DNA of 64,000 nt from an uncultured Bacillota bacterium (GTDB lineage: Bacteria; Bacillota_I; Bacilli_A; RF39; UBA660): assembly GCA_958428295.1 (NCBI GenBank), contig CAUAFL010000001.1, positions 37,153-101,152 on the forward strand, written 5' to 3'. The position numbers were made by a program, and so were the translations under genes. How positions within the stretch are numbered: the first letter of the stretch is position 1; each line of letters begins with the position of its first letter. Positions 32,831 to 43,525 of this stretch are shown one piece after another. Under the pieces are notes generated by a model. The model was not told the DNA's origin. It did no database searches and worked only from the letters and a program-made list of their open reading frames with translations.

Positions 32831-32903
32831 TAAATATATAAGTATCAATTTCAAATAAGAAGTTGGTACTTTTTAATTGTTTAAGCAAAGGAGGACAGAT
32901 GAA

Positions 32904-33179
32904 ATGGTAACTATTACAAAGAAAGAATTAGAAATTGATAATGAATTAAAGAACAAAATAGAATTTATATGTAGTTTTTGTAATATTACTCCAACAATTA
33001 TCAATGGTAATATTAGAAAAATTAATAAGATAAATTTAAACTACATAGAACCTCATAGGGTTATTATTAAAGGCATCACATTTCTAGTATTTAATTATTC
33101 TAATGAAATCTTTATTGAGAATTTATCTAATAGAATTAAATTATCAGATTTAGAAACCTTTATTAAGCAATTAAACTAA
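32904..33179 (+). CDS. small island-encoded protein (~91 aa, single CxxC); paralog of 41530-41805
   Basis: ATG at 32904 follows an AAGGAGGA RBS; the ORF track starts at 32877. It shares the KNKIEFICSFC...YIEPHR.IIKGITFL.FNY...IENLSN core with the 41530 ORF. Confidence 0.55.
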   Translation: MVTITKKELEIDNELKNKIEFICSFCNITPTIINGNIRKINKINLNYIEPHRVIIKGITFLVFNYSNEIFIENLSNRIKLSDLETFIKQLN

Positions 33180-33350
33180 ATATAAGTTTTGTACCAACTT
33201 TTTCTAAAATTGTCTTAAAATAGACAAAAAATGGTAAATATGTCTTGATTTTACAATAAAAGAATCTATAATAGGAAAGCAATAAAGAAGTTTTATGTTT
33301 TGTGGGGTTAATATAAAACAAATTAATAAGCAACATATTGGAATTTATGA

Positions 33351-35217
<1,867 letters not shown>

Positions 35218-35454
35218 TAAGCAGTGCTTAATATTTTATCAAAAGTCTTGTGTAGTTTTATTTCATTACGAAGTTTTGAAATAATACGAAATAAGGCAGG
35301 TGGTTTCTAAGGTTGCCTAAACCTTAGCTCCCCAGATTTTGATATGAGCGAAGTGAGATGTCAAAATCTATAGGGGGTTAGAGATTTTGTCAAGAGCAAA
35401 ATTACCCTACTATAAATAGTAGGACTCTAATATACAAAAGGGGGAATATAAAAT
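35218..35454 (+). other. candidate oriT/nic region upstream of mob (three inverted repeats)
   Basis: Inverted repeats ctaaggtt-gccta-aaccttag (about 35300-35320), tgtcaaaatct-N12-agattttgtca and cctacta-taaa-tagtagg, plus a cttgtgtagtttt run reminiscent of pMV158-family nic sites. Confidence 0.4.
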
Positions 35455-36807
35455 ATGGAAGATAAGGAAGAATTATCTTATTCATTACATTTAAGCAATG
35501 ATAAAAATAAATCTAAAAAAGCAAGAAGAAGTGTAAAAAATACTGAAACTGGAACTACTTCTCTATCTAATAATGCGATACAAAACCATCAGCAATTATC
35601 AAAAGTTAATAAACATAATTTAAGAAAATATGATGAGGAACAAGAATTAATTTGTACGATTAAAGGAACATCATCTATTGTTGAAGATACTAAAAATTTG
35701 TATTTAGATTTATTTGAAGATGCAAGAATTAAGTATAACGAAAAACAAACTAGAAATGATAGAAAAATAGAAAATTATTTTAATCATATCTCTAGTGATA
35801 ATAAAAGAGATCTTGCTTGTGAGATTATTATTGAACTTGGAGATATGGATTTTTGGGTAGATAAAGATAATAAATTTAAGAAGAAAATGACAGAAGTTTT
35901 TAAAGAACAAATAATAGATTTAGAAGAAGTTGTACCTAATTTTAGAATTGCTAATGCCACCATTCACTATGATGAATCTAGTCCACATTTACATATAGTT
36001 GGTGTCCCATTTAAAGATGGAATGAAAAATGGTATGGAAAAACAAGTTGGTAAAAGTGATGTCTTTAATAAAATAAGTTTAAAAGAAATTCAAGATAAAA
36101 TGAGAGAATATTGTGTTAATTCATTCAATAGAATTTATCACTTAAACTACACTCTTAAAGAAAAAGAAGAAGGCAGAAATGTTGATATTAATGTTGCTAA
36201 TATGAATGAATATAAAAAATTTAAACGAGAACAAGAGAAATATAAAAAACAACTTATAGGATTGAATAATAAAGCAGATGAATTACAAAATAAATCTAAT
36301 GAGATAAATGATATTATTGATAATCTAAAACCTACTATTATGAATAAAAATAACTACTCTATTTCAAGTGATGAAGTAAATAAAATTAAAAAATATATAG
36401 AGCAAACTAATGATACCACTTCTAATTTAAGAGATTCTAATGATATAAATATAGTCTTAAAAAAATATGAAGATGATTTAAGAGAACACTCTAACGAAGT
36501 TAGAAACTTAAAGAAGAAAATCAAAACTCGTGATGATAGAATTGAAGAATTAGAATATAATTTAGACAATGCCAATGACACTATTTATGAATTAGAAAAT
36601 AAGGTATCAAAATTAGAAGAAACACTAAATTACTTTAAAGAGTTATGGGATAAGTTTATTAAATTCCTACAAGACAAATTCTTCTCTAGCAATAAATATG
36701 ATGACTTAATAAATGATTTATATGATGAAGAAATACTTGATGATAATGAGTTAGATATAATACAAAATAATTCAAAAAGTAAAGAAGATTTTGATAGAAA
36801 TTTATAG
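35455..36807 (+). CDS. mob: Mob/Pre (MobV-family) plasmid recombination/mobilization relaxase
   Basis: Conserved Mob_Pre motif III HYDESSPHLHIVGVP and an N-terminal relaxase domain. The C-terminal half is a long coiled coil typical of MobM-like proteins. Confidence 0.8.
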   Translation: MEDKEELSYSLHLSNDKNKSKKARRSVKNTETGTTSLSNNAIQNHQQLSKVNKHNLRKYDEEQELICTIKGTSSIVEDTKNLYLDLFEDARIKYNEKQTRNDRKIENYFNHISSDNKRDLACEIIIELGDMDFWVDKDNKFKKKMTEVFKEQIIDLEEVVPNFRIANATIHYDESSPHLHIVGVPFKDGMKNGMEKQVGKSDVFNKISLKEIQDKMREYCVNSFNRIYHLNYTLKEKEEGRNVDINVANMNEYKKFKREQEKYKKQLIGLNNKADELQNKSNEINDIIDNLKPTIMNKNNYSISSDEVNKIKKYIEQTNDTTSNLRDSNDINIVLKKYEDDLREHSNEVRNLKKKIKTRDDRIEELEYNLDNANDTIYELENKVSKLEETLNYFKELWDKFIKFLQDKFFSSNKYDDLINDLYDEEILDDNELDIIQNNSKSKEDFDRNL

Positions 36808-36866
36808 TAAATCATATCTAAATATAAGAAAATTTGTTATAATATGAATTAAGAAGAAAACTACTT

Positions 36867-37370
36867 ATGGAGGTAATTAATATAGATTATAAAATAGAAA
36901 TGGCAAAACTAGAAGACCTAGATGCTATTGATAAATTGATATATGATAGATGCTTATGGTTTAGAGAAAAAGGTGTTAAAGGATGGAGTGTAGATTTCTA
37001 CCCTAATAAATATGACAAAAGTTATTTTATAGAACAAATGAAAATTAATAAATTATTTGTTGCAAAGTTTAATAATAAAATATGTGGTGTTATGCTTTTA
37101 AAAAATGAAGATAAAGATTATTGGAACAATGATGATACTTCTTACTATATTCATCATTTAGCAACTGATGTTAATTTAAAAGGTGTTGGTAAGGCATTGA
37201 TTAATTATGCGATTGAACAATGTAAAATAAATAATAAAAAATATTTAAGACTTGATTGTTATCAAGAAAGTAAATTTCTCAATGAACATTATGAAAAACT
37301 GGGTTTTAACAAAGTTGGAAGTGGAACAGATGAAAATTATAATTTTAATTTATGGGAGATGAAAATATAA
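36867..37370 (+). CDS. GNAT-family N-acetyltransferase
   Basis: 167 aa with an acetyl-CoA binding motif (HLATDVNLKGVGKALINYAIE). Confidence 0.7.
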   Translation: MEVINIDYKIEMAKLEDLDAIDKLIYDRCLWFREKGVKGWSVDFYPNKYDKSYFIEQMKINKLFVAKFNNKICGVMLLKNEDKDYWNNDDTSYYIHHLATDVNLKGVGKALINYAIEQCKINNKKYLRLDCYQESKFLNEHYEKLGFNKVGSGTDENYNFNLWEMKI

Positions 37371-37371
37371 T

Positions 37372-37938
37372 ATGAATACAATAGAATCAATAGAAAATAG
37401 AAGAAGTATTAGACTTTTTAAGAGTGACGATATATCAAAAGAAATAGTTGAAGATATATTAAATTGTGGGAGACTTGCTCCATCTGCAAAAAATAGACAA
37501 CCTTGGTATTTTGTAATAACAAAAGGTAAAACAAAAGATAAAATAGCAGATATGATGATAGAATATACTATAAAAAATGATGATACTATTGAAAGAAAAA
37601 ATTTAGGTTGTGCAAGTAGTGTTAATCCAACAGCAAATGTAATAAAACAAGCACCAATATTAGTTTTAATATTTAGAGAAAAAAATGATAATTGGATTAT
37701 AGGAGATAATCTATCAATAGGTGCTTGTGTAGAAAATATGTGTTTAAGAGCAACTGAGTTAAAAATAGGTACTTTATGGATTAGAGATACTGTATATGTT
37801 GCAGAAGATGTGGCTAAAATGTTGAATCACGAAAATATGGAATTAAATTGTGCTTTAGCACTTGGATATGCAAATCAAAATCCAAAGCAAAGACCTAGAA
37901 AAGAATTAAAAGATATTGTGGAGTGGTTTGATGAATAA
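37372..37938 (+). CDS. nitroreductase-family protein
   Basis: N-terminal RRSIR motif (IENRRSIRLF) and PSAKNRQPW, characteristic of the NADH oxidase/nitroreductase fold. Confidence 0.7.
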   Translation: MNTIESIENRRSIRLFKSDDISKEIVEDILNCGRLAPSAKNRQPWYFVITKGKTKDKIADMMIEYTIKNDDTIERKNLGCASSVNPTANVIKQAPILVLIFREKNDNWIIGDNLSIGACVENMCLRATELKIGTLWIRDTVYVAEDVAKMLNHENMELNCALALGYANQNPKQRPRKELKDIVEWFDE

Positions 37939-38011
37939 GAAAATATTAGATTTTTATAAGTAAACAAGTTTATATACAGATTTAGGGTTATATAAAGAAT
38001 TTGCTAAACAA

Positions 38012-38821
38012 TTGACTAATGATATAGATGAATTATGTGTACTTCAAAGAATGCAAATTATACATCCTATTGCTTATAATGATTTAGATATAAGAAAACA
38101 TAGTAAATGTTTTTGGGGAGATATGACAAAAGTTCCAATTACAAGATTAGATTATGAAGATGATTTGTTTCCTACTGCTTTAAGTATGTTACATGAATTA
38201 TTAAGAAAAGATAATGAATATCATAATGATCGAAAAGCAGAAGATAAAATTCATGTTACTTGTAGAGGATAAGCAATATTGTTAGCAAGTATATTAAAAG
38301 CAAAAGGATATTCTGTAAGAGTTAGAAGTGGTTTTGCTCCATATATCAAATATGATGGTGTTAATTATGACCATTGGATTACTGAATATTTTGATGAAAA
38401 TAAGAATAGATGGGTTTTGGTAGATGCTGATGAACATTGTCCAGATCATGAAATGGGATTTGATTTAAATGATATTCCAAGAAATAAATTTGTTTTTGGT
38501 GCTGAAGCATATTTAGGAATGAGAAATAAAAAGTATAAAGATGAAAAAATATATTATTCTTCTGATCCAGCAACTTTAGGATTAAAAGCAAGTATTCGTG
38601 GTTTGTTTTATGATTTTCATTCACTTATGAATGATGAAATAATCTTTTTACATTTACCAAAATATATTCAAGATAAAAAATTTGAGTTAAGTGAAGAAGA
38701 ATATGTAGAACTAGATAACTTGGCAGAATTATTACTAGATCCAGATAAAAATTTTGACAAAATATTAAACATTTGGAATACAAATCCTAAATTTAGAATA
38801 ATGTCAGGGGCATTAAATTAA
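38012..38821 (+). pseudogene. transglutaminase-like cysteine-peptidase-domain gene interrupted by an in-frame TAA at the conserved Tyr position
   Basis: ORFs 38012-38272 and 38279-38821 are in the same frame, separated by a TAA at 38270-38272. Read through, the sequence gives VTC-R-G-[*]-AILLASILKAKGYSVRVRSGF, matching the TGase core C-x-x-[YF]-A...LLRA.GIPAR with the stop in place of the aromatic residue. The downstream His (DHW) and Asp (WVLVDAD) of the triad are present. Confidence 0.6.
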
Positions 38822-38906
38822 TAAATTTTGATAAAACATATTTGATTATTTAATTAAATGGTTTATAATTATATTAAGAAATATTGTATTGGTTACTTAC
38901 TTTAGC

Positions 38907-38941
38907 GAAAAAAGTTTGAAATAACTTTCTTACTCGCACCA
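38907..38941 (+). repeat. copy D of the degenerate tmRNA 3'-end repeat (gaaaaaagtttgaaataactttcttactcgcacca)
   Basis: It resembles tmRNA 32738-32794 with the T-arm deleted and ends in the acceptor-like gcacca. It is followed by ttattcgaattattcgaa. Confidence 0.45.
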
Positions 38942-39120
38942 TTTAAAAATTTATTCGAATTATTCGAATTTGAAATTACTTTCAATCTTATATAAGATTG
39001 ATTTTTTTTAATCAATCATTATGTTTAATACATCTTTATCAAAAAAAGACTATCAATTTTATTTGATAATCTAATCAATAAATTATAATATATATTACTT
39101 CTTCATTTTTTACTAAATTA

Positions 39121-39879
39121 CTATTTGTCTATTTTTTTTGGACAAGTATATTTTGGTAATCCTACACTATGTTTTCCATATTCAATCGCACCGGTTGGAC
39201 AATGAGAAATGCAAGCCATACAATGTACACATCTTTTATCCCACTTTGGTTTTTTATTTTCTAGGATAATATTTTTAGTAGGGCATACTTTTTCACATTT
39301 CCCACAAGAAATACATGTGTCTTTTGCATAAAATTTTTTTGATTTTACAAATATCGGATAAAACAATACATTTACAATACTACTATTTAAGCGATCGAGT
39401 ATTGTAATTTTCTTTGCTCTTTCTTTTTCTTCATTTTTTATGATTTGTGCTGTCTGTTCTATTTTTATTTCTGATTTATCAATTATTTTTAAAGCTTCTT
39501 CTTTAGTTGGAGTAGTAAAAAGTGCTACGTAATTTTCTGGCATAACAATTTCGAGGCATCCAGAATAATTCATTTCTTTCTTTTTACATAGTTTTTTTAG
39601 ATATTTTTCTGCATTTCCGATACTACCACCACAAGTCATTACAAAATAGATGTTTTTATTTCCCGTTAATTCTGTTTTTTCTAGCCACCTTTGTAATAGT
39701 CTTGGTATTCTCCAAGCGTATGTTGGTGTAACAATTACAAATGATGTTTCTGAATTTATGCTTGCGTAATCTTTCTCCTTTATTTTTTTAAATAAATTTA
39801 TTATTTTCTCATTATTTATTTTAGCAATTCTTTTTGCTACATATGCACTGTTCCCAGTTCCAGAGAAATATAAGATCAT
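39121..39879 (-). CDS. flavodoxin-like / 2x[4Fe-4S] ferredoxin fusion protein (EFR1-type)
   Basis: N-terminal flavodoxin-like MILYFSGTGNS and two C-terminal CxxCxxCxxxCP clusters (CISCGKCEKVCP, CVHCMACISHCP). Confidence 0.7.
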   Translation of the reverse strand: MILYFSGTGNSAYVAKRIAKINNEKIINLFKKIKEKDYASINSETSFVIVTPTYAWRIPRLLQRWLEKTELTGNKNIYFVMTCGGSIGNAEKYLKKLCKKKEMNYSGCLEIVMPENYVALFTTPTKEEALKIIDKSEIKIEQTAQIIKNEEKERAKKITILDRLNSSIVNVLFYPIFVKSKKFYAKDTCISCGKCEKVCPTKNIILENKKPKWDKRCVHCMACISHCPTGAIEYGKHSVGLPKYTCPKKIDK

Positions 39880-40342
39880 ACATTTTTCCTCCTTTATTAA
39901 TTACTCTTTGTTTATAAAAAATAGTATAACATTTATCGTATTATGATGCTAGACTGTATCTATTTTCAAAATAAATAAAGTATTTAATCTAGTTAATAGA
40001 TTATTTAATACTGGAATTTATGTAAATCATCAGATTATTGATAAAATGTATTTCTTCAAGAGTTAATTGACCATAATGATTTGAATCCACAAACTTAGAA
40101 TTGGTATATCTACCAATTTCTACCGTGCTAAGATTTCATTTTTCTAATTCTTCTAAGGGAAAAACATTACAAAAAAAATTGCATCAAAAGTAGAAAAGAT
40201 TCTAGTTGTCAAATGAAGTAACTTGGTTTGCCGAAACTATTTTACTACCCTTGTATTAGGTGATTAGATGGAAAAATTAGAATAGACAAGATTAGGACAT
40301 TTATACCGTTGGAGTTATGATTCTTATAAATATGCAATTGGA

Positions 40343-40627
40343 TTGTTGATGGCTAATATTGTTGTCAATTCATTGGTTAATGAAAAAAATTTATCTAAGG
40401 AATCTAAAATTAAACCTATGAATTTTGATGTTATGTGCCAAAGATTAAAAAGTGAGAGAATAAAAGCCGACCTATCTCAAAAGCAAGTAGCCCATATTAT
40501 CGGCATTACTCAATCTCACTATGCTACTTATGAAAAAGGTAATAATACCATTCCGATAACTAGGCTCATTAAACTTTCTAAAACATATAAGGTTTCTATT
40601 GATTATTTAATGGGAAAATGTAATTAG
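40343..40627 (+). CDS. XRE-family helix-turn-helix transcriptional regulator
   Basis: HTH_3 motif (LSQKQVAHIIGITQSHYATYEKG). The start is uncertain: the ORF-track start is a TTG at 40343, with ATGs at 40349 and 40418. Confidence 0.6.
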   Translation: MLMANIVVNSLVNEKNLSKESKIKPMNFDVMCQRLKSERIKADLSQKQVAHIIGITQSHYATYEKGNNTIPITRLIKLSKTYKVSIDYLMGKCN

Positions 40628-40711
40628 AGTACAAGAAATTGTGCTTTTTCTTTTTATAAAAAAGGGCTATCAATTTCACTCGATAGCCTAGTAATTTTGA
40701 AATGTATCAGT

Positions 40712-41227
40712 TTAAGTTAGATGGAATATCATTTTTTCTATAACTTCAACAGTAGTTAAATCCATGGATACTTTACCATAATAGTCATCAGCATTACACG
40801 AGTATTCGTAGTAAATATATTTTGCATCATTTCCTAATACACGATCTAATCTACCTATACCATTATCATCTTTCAAAATCATTAAGTTACTATTTGGAGA
40901 ATAAACTTTTTCCCATTCTTAATATTATAGCCACTATTGCTATAACCTAATAAATATACCGTATTATCATTCCAAGTGATATGATGACTTTCTATATCGT
41001 AGTTATCTAATACATTAAAAGTCCATATTTTTTGATAATTTTGATATTCTGTATTTTTATACATTGAATAAACATTAGTTTCTGCCAATTCTTCTGATAA
41101 AGTTATACTCTGATATAATATTTAAATCATTTCTATTGAGATTTTCTGATTTTGAATTATCATTGTTGCTAGTGCAACCTACAACAGTAATCATTAAAAC
41201 GATAAATAATAAAATAGTTTTTTTCAT
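40712..41227 (-). pseudogene. frameshifted lipoprotein gene (N-terminus MKKTILLFIVLMITVVGCTSN...)
   Basis: The reverse strand reads as a lipoprotein signal peptide with a lipobox (VVGCT), then shifts frame twice (MAETNVYSMYK... then ...DDNGIGRLDRVLGNDAKYIYYEYSCNADDYYGK...). The three frames are contiguous. The plus-strand hairpin at 40664-40690 serves as its terminator. Confidence 0.55.
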
Positions 41228-41386
41228 AACTTTTGAACTCACTTTCGGATATTTATTTGCTATTAAAATTATTATACCGCTTTTTCCTAAACTAAAAATG
41301 TATTTTATTTGTAGTAAATGTATTTTAAAATAGTAAAAAATGTAATATAATGTAGTTAGTGATTGGTTACCATATCAATTCCTTTT

Positions 41387-41450
41387 GAAAAAGTTGTAGA
41401 TAACTTTCTCAACCGCACCAGAGAAGAATCTGCTCGAACTTTTATAGTTT
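41387..41450 (+). repeat. copy B of the degenerate tmRNA 3'-end repeat plus homologous flank (…aaccgcacca gagaagaatctgctcgaacttttatagttt)
   Basis: The flank matches the sequence downstream of ssrA (gtaagcaatctgtccagacttttatagttt), and homology continues about 40 nt toward the small paralog gene. Confidence 0.55.
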
Positions 41451-41529
41451 TGAGTTTAAAGATAAATATCAATTCTAGAAATGAAATTGATTTTTTTTGA
41501 TGTTCAAAGAAAGTGAGGAGATTCTTAAA

Positions 41530-41805
41530 ATGGTAACAATAAAAAATGAAAAAATCGAAGTGGAAGAAGCACTTAAAAATAAGATTGAATTTATTTGTAG
41601 TTTTTGTGGTACTACACCTATTATTTATAATGGAAATATAAAAATGATAGAACACACGAATTTACAATATATAGAACCCCATAGAATTATTATTAAAGGT
41701 ATTACCTTTCTAGCATTTAACTATGAGAATACTCTTTATATAGAAAACTTAAGTAATGCTATTCCACTTAACGATTTAGAACAATATATTAAATCAATCA
41801 ACTAG
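41530..41805 (+). CDS. small island-encoded protein, paralog of 32904-33179
   Basis: ATG at 41530 follows a GAGGAG RBS; the ORF track starts at 41497. It is roughly half identical to the first copy by eye and sits in the same position relative to the repeat. Confidence 0.55.
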   Translation: MVTIKNEKIEVEEALKNKIEFICSFCGTTPIIYNGNIKMIEHTNLQYIEPHRIIIKGITFLAFNYENTLYIENLSNAIPLNDLEQYIKSIN

Positions 41806-42188
41806 TAAAAGATTATCAATTCCTTTTCTACTATTTACCTATGTGTTAAACAAAGAAAAAGAAATTGCCCAAATTTCGCATACTTTTTGCACAAAATTTA
41901 CAATATATTTGCCTAGACATTGCATTATTCACTCTGTTAATATGGTAATGTAATCAATATAAATGCGATTTAGTGTACGATTTGCAACCGATTAGTTTAC
42001 TATTCGACTACTAAAAAATACAATTTAGTTTATTGTTTAAAGCAAGTCAAGATGTTATTATGGTTTTGTATATTATTTTTGTATTTATTTTAGATTATTT
42101 TTATGTTTTTGAGTAGATTTTTTACCATAAATTTCTTATAAAATTAAAAGATATTTATTAATTTAATTACGAAAGGGATGATTTTAAA

Positions 42189-43277
42189 ATGAAGATAATT
42201 AATCCAAAAGTTGGAAATATAGAAGAAATAATACAACCTATAGATGACCTAATAATTTTAGGATTATCACGAATAGCTTTTAAATGTAATAAAGAGACAG
42301 AATCTTATAATTTAAGAGATGAATTATATGCATCTAAGTATAAGCCAACTGGGTTAGAAGGAAAAGAAATAGAATTAGAAAAATTTTTACAGCAACAAAT
42401 CGGTGAAAACTTGAGAATTAAAAATCAAAATAAAGAGTATAAATGGGTGATTATTAATGAAAAAAATATAGGAGAAACCAGTCATAGGTTTTATATTGCT
42501 CCGAAACCGGAAAATATGCACGAAATTGTTTTTGAGCTTGTTAAACAGTTCGTTTCACAAAACATTCCAGTTAAATTTAAATATCAATTGACCAGTGGAA
42601 TGGGACAATGCGACAGAATGATTATTTATAGTGATTTTGATAACAAAGACAGAATTGAATCTCAAATAAAAAAAGTTTATCAACAAAATCAAAATTTATT
42701 TAGCGGATGTGAAAGATCATTAGCTTGGTTATATACAACAAGTGTTCCTGATGTGTATCTTGCACCAGAAACACCAAGTGAAGCATATAGTAATAGGTTA
42801 ACAGAAGTTATAATGACAGCTAAAAATACTTTTAATTTTCTTTATGGTATTACTAATAGTAATCAAAAAATTACTTTGGCAGGGAAAAATGCAGAAAAAG
42901 CATTAGAGTATATGAAAATGTTAATAGGCTCTTTGATGTTAAGAAAAGGAATACTGTTGTCAAAAGATGGAAAATGTATAACTATTAAAGATAAAAATGT
43001 TAAAACTTCATATGATTTTAATTCAGGAATATTAGAAAATTTTAATATGGATTCTCGTGGGTTTTATTCAGTAAAATTTTTCCCAACTGATGAAGGAAGA
43101 AATGCACTTTTAGATAATTTTTATAGTGTATCATCAATAAGCGAGCAACCTGGATTAGAAATAAAGTATTTAACACCTGAACAAAGAAAAGAGGAACTTG
43201 ATAGAATTTTTTATCCATATAAGTATATTAATCAACAAACTTCAACGCAAACAATCGATAATAGCCCAAAAAGATAA
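42189..43277 (+). CDS. hypothetical protein, 362 aa (possible nucleotidyltransferase-like motif S-G-x11-D-F-D)
   Basis: Good RBS (AAAGGGATG). No confident family assignment. The segment KFKYQLTSGMGQCDRMIIYSDFD fits the hG[GS]-x9-13-Dh[DE] pattern of polymerase-beta-fold nucleotidyltransferases. Confidence 0.45.
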   Translation: MKIINPKVGNIEEIIQPIDDLIILGLSRIAFKCNKETESYNLRDELYASKYKPTGLEGKEIELEKFLQQQIGENLRIKNQNKEYKWVIINEKNIGETSHRFYIAPKPENMHEIVFELVKQFVSQNIPVKFKYQLTSGMGQCDRMIIYSDFDNKDRIESQIKKVYQQNQNLFSGCERSLAWLYTTSVPDVYLAPETPSEAYSNRLTEVIMTAKNTFNFLYGITNSNQKITLAGKNAEKALEYMKMLIGSLMLRKGILLSKDGKCITIKDKNVKTSYDFNSGILENFNMDSRGFYSVKFFPTDEGRNALLDNFYSVSSISEQPGLEIKYLTPEQRKEELDRIFYPYKYINQQTSTQTIDNSPKR

Positions 43278-43341
43278 TTATAATTTTAGAAAATAATGGT
43301 ATAATTTAGTTAGTGACTGATTTAAACATTAATTACCTTTG

Positions 43342-43420
43342 GTAAAAAGTTGTAGATTACTCCTCATCACCACTATTGGGAAATCTGTTCGAAAAGCATG
43401 AACTTTTGATAAATAATCAA
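43342..43420 (+). repeat. copy C of the degenerate tmRNA 3'-end repeat (…gttgtagattactcctcatcaccact attgggaaatctgttcgaaaagcatgaacttttgataaat)
   Basis: It keeps the tcctcatc(a)cca(ct) acceptor-proximal segment and the aatctgYYcgaa flank. Confidence 0.5.
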
Positions 43421-43525
43421 TTAGAAATAATTGATTCAGACTGTTGACAAAGTGGTATATTCAGAAAGAATATATCGTTTTTTGTATGATAGTATGGTAT
43501 AGTAATTATGTTTAGGAGGTTATTT

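Noticed and set aside
38942-39120. Tandem or palindromic short repeats (ttattcgaattattcgaa; gattgatttttttaatcaatc) as a possible CRISPR or mini-array
   Set aside because: They are single short tandem/palindromic units with no regular repeat-spacer periodicity. More likely they are att-flank or terminator structures.
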